DNA of 64,000 nt from Acidobacteriota bacterium (GTDB lineage Bacteria; Acidobacteriota; UBA890; WLXD01): assembly GCA_963666055.2 (NCBI GenBank), contig CAXWPH010000014.1, positions 520,538 through 584,537 on the forward strand, read 5' to 3'. The translations under genes and the position numbers were made by a program. Within the stretch, counting starts at the first letter, position 1. Each line of letters begins with the position of its first letter. The notes under the pieces were generated by a model. It worked only from the letters and a program-made list of their open reading frames with translations. It was not told where the DNA came from and did not search any database. Below, piece by piece: positions 48,477-57,984 of this stretch.

Positions 48477-49010
48477 CTATGAACCCGAGGGTCGTGCGGC
48501 CAAACCTACTTCGCGGCAACGCTCCAAACCGGCCTCGGCGTGCAGCCGCAGCTTGCGATCGGTTTCGTTGCGCAGTACCGACTCCAGCACCGGCACGACG
48601 CGGGCGTCGGGCTCGCCGCACCCCAGCATGATGACGGCCATGCGCCGGACGCGGATGCTCTCGTCGAGTTCGACGCGCTCGATAAGCAGCGGCACGTAGT
48701 CGACCGGGTTCTCTTGGCTCTTGCAGCGGTCACACGCAACCGAGTGCACCGCCCACAGGCGCACGGCGGCCTTCGGGTCGCGCACCAACGGCACCAGGTG
48801 CTCGATCGACTCGAGGTCGGCATGGTGGTCGAGGTACATGGCGCACCATCGGCGCACCTGCCAGTTGCCGTTACCCAACCCCTCGCGGACGGCGGGAAGG
48901 GCGTCGTCGCCGATCTCGCCGAGGGCCAGGTACGAGGGGAAGCGTTGGGGGCCGTCGGCGAACCGGTCGACCAGCTCTCGGGCCTGTTGAAATGTTTCGC
49001 TGTTGCTCAT
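48477..49010 (-). CDS. HEAT-repeat protein
   Basis: AGAGG RBS; repeats NWQVRR, KAAVRLWAV, SIRVRRMAV; CDRCK motif. Confidence 0.75.
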   Translation of the reverse strand: MSNSETFQQARELVDRFADGPQRFPSYLALGEIGDDALPAVREGLGNGNWQVRRWCAMYLDHHADLESIEHLVPLVRDPKAAVRLWAVHSVACDRCKSQENPVDYVPLLIERVELDESIRVRRMAVIMLGCGEPDARVVPVLESVLRNETDRKLRLHAEAGLERCREVGLAARPSGS

Positions 49011-49325
49011 GATGTTCCTCTTAGCGCTAGCGGCCGTCCAGGAGCGCGAAACTACTTTTGTTCATCGCAAAAGGCCTCGCGCTCGCTCCATGCATCGACA
49101 CCCGCCGCGACGGTCGCGGACCGAAATGTCGATGGAGTGAGCGCGGGGCCTGACCCCGCGCGCACAAATTGTGAAACAAAGATCACCCGGGTACAGGGTA
49201 TTGGTCAAGGCCCTACGACGAGGAGTGTAAGCAAGCTCGCGGCGCCCCCACCGCTTTCCCTTGAAGCTCGGGGCCGCGAGGCCAATAATATGGCCTCACT
49301 AAAATCTTCTCCAGGGAGGTGTGGA

Positions 49326-49697
49326 GTGAAGCGTTCCTACTACGTATCGATCTTCGTAATCGCCGTGATGATCGCCATGGCGTTGCCGACGATGGCGACA
49401 CAACAGGTCACGGCAACCGGCCAAGTCATCGATTCAGCTTGCTTCATCAAGATGGGCGCCAGTGGCGCAGGCCATCGGGAGTGCGCCCAGACGTGCGCCG
49501 ACAATGGCATTCCGCTGGCTCTGTTGGAGGCTGAGACCGAGCAGGTCATCTGGCTTGCTTCGAGCCAGAGCATGCAGTCGCCGAACGCGGATCTCAGAGC
49601 CCATGCCAGCCACACCGTGCGGATTACCGGCGAGTGGGCCGAGCGCGGTGGCGTGAAGATCCTGGTGATCGACGAGATCGAGCACATCAGTAGCTAA
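49326..49697 (+). CDS. Small secreted Cys-containing hypothetical protein
   Basis: GGAGG RBS; signal peptide; GQVIDSAC...HRECAQTCADNGIPLALL...VRITG. Confidence 0.75.
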   Translation: MKRSYYVSIFVIAVMIAMALPTMATQQVTATGQVIDSACFIKMGASGAGHRECAQTCADNGIPLALLEAETEQVIWLASSQSMQSPNADLRAHASHTVRITGEWAERGGVKILVIDEIEHISS

Positions 49698-49767
49698 AAT
49701 CCGTATTCGCGCGAACGCACCCCTTTTCACTTCGGGGTGCGTTCGTGCGTTCGGCGTCTGCGGCGGG

Positions 49768-51185
49768 CTAACGTTTGACGTCGAGCGTCAACGTGACGTC
49801 TTGGCGGCGATACAGGCACACGCCGTTGACGTCTTCGCAGACGTAATAGAGCGCGTGTGCGGAGAAAACGATGCCGGCCGCGCGCGTCGTCCGGCGCCTT
49901 GATCTCCAGCTCCACCTTGCGCGTCTCTGTACTCACCACCTCGGGCGGGTTGGGCACCCGCACGGCGCGCCGGTCGACCTGCCACCCTGCGGGCACATCG
50001 ATCCAGAACACCAGGCCGTCGACCTCGTTGTTCCAGTGCGCCTTGATGGCTTCGTTGGGGACGAAGCTGACGTGCGCCCGGCTGCTGCCGCCGGCTGAGA
50101 TCACGCTCGGGACCATCGTCGCGGTGGCCGAGACGAACTCTCCGTTGTCGCGGTAGATACGCTCGTCGACGGTGGGGGGATTGATTTCTTCGGTATCAGC
50201 GGTGAAAGAGCGTTGCGGGCTCGCGAACTCGGCGCCGCCGGGTTCCACAACCAGCGCTGCCGGCGTCTCGCCGCGTGCCGCGATCTCCTGGCGCGCCGTC
50301 GACACCCAGTCGTAGAACGGGTAAGGCTTCTCCAGCCGCGGGCCGTACTGTTGGATGCGCCGGCGCCAGATGTAGTTGTTGGGATCGACATCGAGAGCCC
50401 GTTCCCAGTAGCGCACGGCCTCTTGGAAGTCCTCCGGCTTCGAGCTCGGCGAGTCGTACCGCCAGCGGTAGGCAACGCCGGTGCGAAAGAGTGTGTAGCC
50501 GTGGCCTGAATCGGCGGTGACGGCACGCTCGAACGCCGCGATCAGCGCGTCGGGATCGGCAGTGCGTTCCCACAGATACATCGACACGGCGTCGGTCGCC
50601 GGTCGGCTCATCTGAGGAAGCGAGGTCGTCATGTCTCCGGGCGGCTCGAACTCGGCGTCGACGAACTCGGCACGGAACGTCTCGAGATCGTCACGCGGTG
50701 GTTGAATCTCGCGGATCACACCGTGCTCGTCGATGGCCAACGTCAGCGGCACGACCGTTGTTTCAAGCAGATTCAGGGAGTCGACGAGGATCGGCCAGTC
50801 CATTTGTTTCCACTGCATGAAGAGACGGGCGCGGTCGGGATGCTGCTCCTGGATGATGCCGACCATCGTCAGGTCACCGGCGTCCTGCCACTCCTTTGTC
50901 GCTTCGTGCCACCCGGGCACGTGCACGCGGCAGCCCGCTCACCAGGAGGCGAACACATGTAGCATCACCTTGCGGCCGCGAAAGTCCGACAGCCGCGTCA
51001 GCGTGCCGTCCTCGAGCGATGGTAGCGCCAGGTCGGGGAACACGTCGCCGACGCCGAAGCGCGGGTCGAGGTGCTGAGCGGGAGTTGCCGGGGCGTTTGT
51101 CACGACGAGCGTTACGGCCGTGAACACCGATCACCGTTGCTAACAGGCCATCGCGGCCTGCTAGGGACAGGCGTCGATTGTGCAT
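49768..51185 (-). CDS. Exported TlpA/AhpC-TSA-like thioredoxin selenoprotein (UxxC) fused to TPR and DsbD-N-like domains (frameshifts near 51128 and 49875)
   Basis: GAGGAGG RBS; VGDVFPDLALPSL...LSDFRGRKVMLHVFASW-TGA-AGCR read in frame; TPR WERALDVDPNNY; third-frame C-terminus HALYYVCEDVNGVCLYRRQDVTL...KR*. Confidence 0.75.
50905..50921 (-). promoter_or_regulatory. Putative bacterial SECIS element
   Basis: CGTGCC-CGGGT-GGCACG hairpin starting 17 nt after the TGA at 50939-50941, G at loop position 2. Confidence 0.55.
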
Positions 51186-51318
51186 GTGATTCCTCCTCGA
51201 TTCGGCAGCGTGACCGAAACGCGGCGAGAAATCCAGCGCTCCGGGCGCATCGCGTTGCCGCGCCTACAGGATCGCTGTCGGCGCCCCCCGGCGGGCCGAC
51301 TTTGCCCGCGTGAGCGCC

Positions 51319-52608
51319 TCAGTCGCCCGGTCGCTCCAGCCGCTCGATGCGCTCGGCGCCCATGTAGGGGCGCAGCACGTCGGGGATCGTGACGCTGCCG
51401 TCGGCCTCTTGGTAGTTCTCCAGCAGGGCGACGATGGTGCGGCCGATGGCGACGCCGGAACCGTTGAGCGTGTGCACGAGGCGTGGTTTCTTGCTTTCCT
51501 CGGGTCGGTAGCGGATCTCGGCGCGACGTGCCTGGAAGTCCTCGCAGTTGCTGCACGATGAAATCTCGCGGTAACGGTTTTGCGACGGCAGCCACACCTC
51601 GATGTCGTAGGTCTTGGCGGCGGCGAATCCGAGGTCTCCGGTCGCCAGGCTGACAACTTGGTACGGCAGCTCGAGACGCTGCAGGACGCGCTCGGCGTCA
51701 CCGGTGAGCGTCTCGAGCATCTCGTATGACTGCTCGGGGGTCGTGTAGGCGACCAACTCGACCTTGGTGAACTGGTGTACGCGGATCATGCCGCGCGTGT
51801 CCTTGCCGTACGATCCGGCCTCGCGGCGGAAGCACGGCGTGTAGGCGCAGTAGCGGATCGGCAGCTCGCTTTCCGCCAATATCTCGCCGCGGTGCAGGTT
51901 CACCAGCGGCACCTCGGACGTCGGAATCAAGTAGAAGTCGTCGCGCTCCAGATAGAAAGCTTCATCAGCGAACTTGGGTAGTTGCCCAGAGGCCTCCATC
52001 GACTCCGGCGACACCAAAAACGGCGTCAGCACTTCCAGGTAGCCACCCTCGTCGCGTGCCAGATCGAGCATGAACGCCGCCAGCGCCCATTCAAGCCGGG
52101 CGCCGGCACCGAACTGCGTCGGAAAGCGTGCGCCGGCAACCTTGGCGGCGCGCCCCAGATCGATGATCCTGAGGTTCTCGCCGACGTCCACATGATCGAG
52201 AACCTTGAAGTCGAACTCACGCGGCTCACCCCAGGTACGCTCGACCAGGTTGGCGCTTTCGTCGACGCCCACCGGGACGCTGTCGTGCGGCAGGTTGGGC
52301 AGCCCCAGAAGATCGGTGCGGATTCCGCGCTCGAGCCCGCCGAGCTCGTCATCGAGCACTTCGACTTGCTCGCTTACCGCCGCCATCTCGGCAATGATCT
52401 CGTCGGCGTTCTCACCGCGTTTCTTGAGCTCGCCGATTTTCTTGCCCGCCTCATTACGCTCCGACTTGAGCCCGTCGACGTGCCGGATCAGCTCGCGGCG
52501 CCGTTCGTCACGGCGCAACAGGTCGGAAAGATCGAAGTCGACGTTGCGATGCGCCAGGCCCGCGGCCGCCGTCTCGGGATCTTTGCGCAGTTTGGCGAGG
52601 TCATGCAT
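51319..52608 (-). CDS. serS: Serine--tRNA ligase
   Basis: [56 protein letters not shown]; ATG at 52608. Confidence 0.97.
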   Translation of the reverse strand: MHDLAKLRKDPETAAAGLAHRNVDFDLSDLLRRDERRRELIRHVDGLKSERNEAGKKIGELKKRGENADEIIAEMAAVSEQVEVLDDELGGLERGIRTDLLGLPNLPHDSVPVGVDESANLVERTWGEPREFDFKVLDHVDVGENLRIIDLGRAAKVAGARFPTQFGAGARLEWALAAFMLDLARDEGGYLEVLTPFLVSPESMEASGQLPKFADEAFYLERDDFYLIPTSEVPLVNLHRGEILAESELPIRYCAYTPCFRREAGSYGKDTRGMIRVHQFTKVELVAYTTPEQSYEMLETLTGDAERVLQRLELPYQVVSLATGDLGFAAAKTYDIEVWLPSQNRYREISSCSNCEDFQARRAEIRYRPEESKKPRLVHTLNGSGVAIGRTIVALLENYQEADGSVTIPDVLRPYMGAERIERLERPGD

Positions 52609-52625
52609 AGGGGGCCGTGGTGAAG

Positions 52626-52901
52626 CTACGAGGCCTTCTTTTCTTTTTTGGTTTCGGTCTTCTTGTCGGTTTTCTTGGACTCCCCCTCGGAGCTCTCGGA
52701 TTCGGCGCGCTTGCCCTTGTTCTTGTCGGCGTAGTCGGTGACGTACCAACCGGTGCCCTTGAAGCGGATGGCCGGCGGGCTGATCAGGCGGTCGACCCTG
52801 CCGGAACACTCCGGGCAACGCTGCCGCGGCTTGTCGGAGAATTTCTGGATGAGCTCGAAGCGGTGACCACAACGACGACACTCATACTCATAGATGGGCA
52901 T
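52626..52901 (-). CDS. FmdB family zinc-ribbon protein
   Basis: [16 protein letters not shown]...CPECSG...[11 protein letters not shown]. Confidence 0.92.
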   Translation of the reverse strand: MPIYEYECRRCGHRFELIQKFSDKPRQRCPECSGRVDRLISPPAIRFKGTGWYVTDYADKNKGKRAESESSEGESKKTDKKTETKKEKKAS

Positions 52902-53098
52902 TTCAGAACTCTTGGAATATCGAACGAAAAAGCGCGCCGGAACGGGGATAACTCAGTGAACTCGGATTATAACGTGGCGTCGGGCTGGCGCCGACCTACC
53001 ACCTGTGCGCATCGCGGGCAGCGAGCTGCCGGAGGCAGCGAGAGGTCGGGGGTGGGTGGTGGGAATAGAAAAAAACGGGTGGCGGGAAATCAAGAAGA

Positions 53099-55772
53099 CT
53101 ATTTTGCCTCCATCCAGTTCGGTCCGACGCCGACGTTGACGACCAGCGGCACGTCGAGCTCAATCGCACCCTCCATCTCCTCGACGACCGCAGCGGTAGC
53201 TGCCTCGATCTGGTCTTCGGGAACCTCGAGCACCAGCTCGTCGTGCACCTGAATGATGATCGCCGCGTCGCGGTTCTCATCCGCGAACCGCCGGTGAAGA
53301 TTGACCATGGCGCGCTTGATCATGTCGGCGGCCGTGCCCTGCAACGGCGTGTTCACCGCAACGCGCTCGCCGAACGATTGCACCGAGCGCTGGTGGCTGT
53401 GTAGCTCCGGCAAATAGCGGATGCGCCCGAGCAGCGTTGTCACGTAGCCGTCGGTTTTGGCCTGCTCGACGGTCGCCTCGAGAAAGCGGGCTACTCCGGA
53501 GTAGATTTCGAAGTAATTGTCGATGAACGCTCGGGCCTCCTTGAGGGAGATTTCGAACTCACGCGCCAGGCGCTGTGGGCCCATTCCGTACATGATCCCG
53601 AAGTTGATGACCTTGGCCCTGTCGCGTTGCTGCGAGGTGATCTCCTCGGGCTCGACGCCGAAGATGTCCGCCGCCGTGGCGCGGTGGATGTCCGCGCCTT
53701 CTTTGAAGGCTGTAAGCAACCGCGGGTCGCCCGACAAGTGGGCCATGATGCGGAGCTCGATCTGGGAGTAGTCGGCCACGAGCAGCAAACAGCCATCGGC
53801 GGGGATGAAGGCCTTGCGGATCTGGCGCCCGAGCTCCGAGCGTACCGGGATGTTCTGCAGATTCGGGTCGCTGCTCGACAGCCGTCCGGTAGCCGCCACC
53901 GTCTGGTTGAACGACGCGTGCAGGCGCCCGGTGTCCGGGTTCACAAGCGCCGGGAGGGCGTCGATATACGTTCCCTTGAGCTTGGCGAGCTCACGATACT
54001 CGATTACCTGACCGGCGATCGGGTACTCCAGCGCCAGCTTCTCGAGGACCTCCGCCTTGGTGGAGCGCGATCCGGTCTTGGCAGTGCGTCCGCCCGACGG
54101 TAACTCCAACTTGTCGAACAGCACGCCGGCCAGTTGTTTGGGTGAATTGATGTTGAACTCCTCGCCCGCCGCCTCGTAGATGTCGCTTTGCCGTGCATCG
54201 AGCTGAGCACCGACTTCGGCCCCCATCTTGGCGAGGTAGTCGGAGTCGATCCGCACGCCTTTGAGCTCCATGTCGGCGAGAACATGCATGAGAGGCAGCT
54301 CGACGTCGCGGTACAGCTCGGCGACTTTGATCGCCTCGAGCTCCGGTTCGAAAATCTCGCTCAAGCGCAGCGCCACGTCCGTGTCTTCGGCGGCATAGAT
54401 CGTCGCGGCGTCGACGGGCACCTCGTCGAAGGTCGCACCCTTCTTCGGGATGATCTCTTTGAACGGCGTCATCTTGATGCCGAGATAGTCGATTGCTAGA
54501 CCATCGAGGCCGTGCCCGGTGCGTGTCGGATGCAGCAAGTACGAGGCGATCATCGTGTCGAACCATGGCTCGATGCCCTCGAGTCCGTGGCGCTTCAGCA
54601 CGATCAGGTCGTACTTGAGGTTCTGGCCGATGAGCTTGAGCGACGGATCGCTCAGCACGGGTCCGAGCTCGTCGAGCGCCTCGGCGACGGTCATGGCGTT
54701 ACCGGCGCCGAGGGTGGTGTGCGCCAGCGGCAGGTACACGCCCTGGCCGGGCTCCCAGCTCAACGCCACACCGACGAGATCGGCGCGCACCGGTTGTTCG
54801 CTCGTCGTCTCGAGGTCGAACGACAGGCGCCCGGCGGCGCGCGCCTGATCGAGCGCCTCGGCGAGCTGGTCGACGTTCTCCAAGGTCCGGTAGTCGACAT
54901 CGTCGATGCCGCTTTCGGTGAACTCCTCCAGAATGGACCGGAACTCGAGCTCCGCAAACAGCTCGCGCGCCAACTTGCGGTCGGGTTCCCGGGCGCGGAA
55001 CGACTCCAGGTCGAGCTTGAGCGGCAGGTCTTTGCGAACCGTCGCCAATTCCTTCGACAGGCGCGCCATCTCGGCGCCCGCCTCGAGCTTCTCCCCGTAT
55101 TTCATCTTGGTGATCTCGGCGGCGTGCTCGATGGCTTCCTCGATGGTTCCGTACTCCTGCAGGATCATTTGCGCGCCCTTGGCACCGATTCCCTTGACGC
55201 CCGGGATGTCGTCGACGCTGTCGCCCATGAGGGCGAGCAAATCGGGAATGCTCTCCGGCGGAACTCCGTATTTGTCCTCGACGCGGGCGCGGTCGTAGAT
55301 GACGCGTCCTTGCCGCTCGGCGAACATCGTGACGCCGTCGTCGACAAGCTGCAGCAGGTCCTTGTCTTCGGACGCTATGGACCACTTCGATGCCGGCTTC
55401 GCGGGCCTTGCGTGTCAGGGTGCCGATGACGTCGTCGGCTTCGTAGCCTGGGAATTTCTCGAATCGCAATCTGCAGCGCCTCACATACGCGCCGAACGTA
55501 GGGAAGCTGCTTCAACAGGTCTTCCGGGGTCTCGTCGCGTGACGCCTTGTACCCCTCGAAGGCTGCATGGCGATGGCGTCGGTCCCGGTGGGTCGAAGGC
55601 GGCGACGACGTAGTCGGGCTTCTGCTCGCGGAGCAACTTGCGAATCATGTTGGTGAAGCCGAGCGTGGCGTTCGTGGGCAGCCCTTTCGACGTCGTCAGC
55701 TCAGGAATGGCGTAGAAAGCCCGAAAAATGTGGCCGCTGACGTCAATCAGGTATAGGCGGGGGCTTGCTCAC
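53099..55772 (-). CDS. polA: DNA polymerase I (several frameshifts in the 5' region)
   Basis: LYLIDVSGHIFRAFYA, GYEADDVIGT, DIPGVKGIG, FDLETT, TATGRLSSSDPNLQNIP-like motif, ADYSQIELR, QVHDEL. Confidence 0.95.
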
Positions 55773-55954
55773 GTCGGCAGAATGCCTGTTGACCGTGAGT
55801 AGGGCAAGCTAGTGTCCCATCAGGCTCTTGCCACGGACTACTGGGGGCGTTTCACGAAATCAGCGTTAGGTGCCTGGCACCGCGGCGAGCTTGTATCTGT
55901 TGATCCTGTTTTGCGGCGAATGGTAGAGTGGCAGCAAAGGGGCAACCTCTGCAC

Positions 55955-57695
55955 ATGATCACCTTCCCGAATTCGGATCGCACACAGAACCGCTATCTCC
56001 GCCTGATTCTCTTGGTGCTGGTGTCGGTATTGGCTGCACAGCCGGCGATGGCGACCCCGGCGGGACAGAGCTCGCAACAGAGCGAGCTCACCGGCGCGGT
56101 GTATGACGGAGCCGGGCTGCCTCTTTTCGGCGCCCTGATTGCCGTGGCGGCTCCCGGCAGCGAGTCGCCGATGGCGATGACGATTTCGGATACCCGCGGG
56201 CGTTTTTCTTTCAGCGGGCTGGCGCCGGGTGTCTACACACTCATGGGCGCGGAGCTTCGGCTTCGTGAGCGCGGTCGTTCCCGAGGTCGCGATCCCGCGC
56301 TTCACGCCGGTGCAGCTGCAGTTGCGCTCCGAGCGCCAGGTAGTTTCGCTGCTGTCCGACGGCGCTGCTCTCGATCTTGGCTGGGCCTTCCGGCCGCGCG
56401 TGCGCGACATCCTGCGCCGGTACCGAGCCCACGGGCCTGGCGCCGCCGACCGGCGCCCCGACCTGGCTCGGTAGTCTCGACGACAGCACGTCGATTTGGG
56501 ATCGAGTCGGCGGTGAGCTCAACCTCTGGGCCGTAGCTCCGGGCAGTGGTCGTGGCGCCGAAGACAGCCGCGCCGCCACCGAGGTCTCCCTCGGTTCGCG
56601 CAGCGGCGAGCAAAACTGGATTCTTCGCGGCCAAGTGGCCGACGGTGGTGTCGTCAGGGCGCACAGCGAGATCTCGCGCGTCATGAGTGATTCCCACACG
56701 CTGCGCCTCGGGCTCGGCTTCGCCGGCAAGGATCTGACGATCCCGGGAATCAACGACGACCGACGCCGCATGTGGGTCGGCAGCTTCGCTGCGGAAGACT
56801 ATTGGCGCCTTAACGACGCCGTGCAGGTCGGTTTGGGGCCTGCGCTTCGAGCACTACAACTATCTCGCAAAAGCCGCCGTCATATCGCCGTGTCGCCGCG
56901 TTCAGGTCGCCTTCGTGCCGATCGAATCGGTCACTCTGACCACGGGCGTGTCGTACGACGCCCAGGCACCGGGGCTCGCCGAGCTCCGCTTCCAGGTCGA
57001 CCCGCTGGCCGTCCGCTACATGGACGTTCTGACGCTTGATGGAATCGATCCCGAGCGCACCGATGCGGTCTCGATGTCGGCGTCCAACGCTCCACGCGAA
57101 CCACGGCTGTGCGGGCTCGTGGCCTATCACGACCAGGTTCAGGACGAGCTGATCAGCATCTACCTCGCCAATCCGTCCGGATCCACCGACTATGTGGTCA
57201 CCAACATCGGCGAGGCCGTTACGCAGGGCTTCGAGTTCGACGTGCGCCAGACGCTGGCGAACAGCATCTCAGGCTTGTTCAGCTACGCGTACGGGCGGCG
57301 CGACGGGGCCAACTTGCCGGCAAACATCGTGGCCGAGCGCGGGCTCGTGAGTGGCGACGTCGGTCCCAACGTGGCGGCCGTTGATATCGTCCACGAGCTT
57401 GCTGCGAGCATCGAGACCGTCGTCGGCTACGACACGCGCTTGCAGGCCACCTAATCGCTGGAAGCGCGGCGTTCCCGTGGTCCGCGACGGCAATATGCAC
57501 AACGTGTACGAGCGCCTCGATCTTCGTGTGCGGCAGCCGCTGCCGTTCCGCGCCCTGGCCAGCGGAGTGGTCGGCGTTGATCCAGGTGCAGAACGTTCTC
57601 GGCTACAGCTACGACGGCGTTTTTCAGATTTCGGCGTCGGCGATGCCCCGGTGTTGTCGCGGCTGCTTACCGGCGGACTGGCCGTTCGTTTCTAG
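55955..57695 (+). CDS. Carboxypeptidase-regulatory-domain outer-membrane beta-barrel protein (multiple frameshifts)
   Basis: Signal peptide; GAVYDGAGLPL...TISDTRGRFSFSGLAPGVYTL; beta-strand fragments; ends GGLAVRF*. Confidence 0.65.
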
Positions 57696-57894
57696 CTCGC
57701 TCCCCGTACTCCCCATGTGGTCTTCGTGCGCTTGCGGGGGGAGTCCTTGCCCCGAGGTTGGTGTCCAAAGTTTTTGAAGTAGGTGGACCAAATTTTTGGA
57801 TCAACGTTTCCAGATCCACATGGAGAGTGGACCTGAGTTTTCCTAAACATCTGGAACAAAGAAAATATAAGGAAACCCCGGACGCTTCTGCAAG

Positions 57895-57910
57895 TGGTAC
57901 GCGGTTTGCT
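57895..57910 (+). promoter_or_regulatory. Putative sigma54 (-24/-12) promoter
   Basis: TGGTAC-GCGGT-TTGCT matches TGGCAC-N5-TTGCW, about 75 bp upstream of the kinase start. Confidence 0.6.
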
Positions 57911-57984
57911 ATCTTTCAATGTAGACATTGGTTACCAACAAGGGAATGTGGCGGGGAACCACGCCTGATCGGCGCGCAGCCTAG

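Noticed and set aside
48540-49325. N-terminal 260 aa of the 385-aa ORF 48540-49697
   Set aside because: Overlaps the HEAT-repeat gene on the opposite strand; a GGAGG RBS and signal peptide support a start at 49326.
53099-57695. polA and neighbours as pseudogenes or programmed frameshifts
   Set aside because: Many scattered single-base indels, including in a core replication gene, with no slippery sites; consistent with unpolished long-read error.
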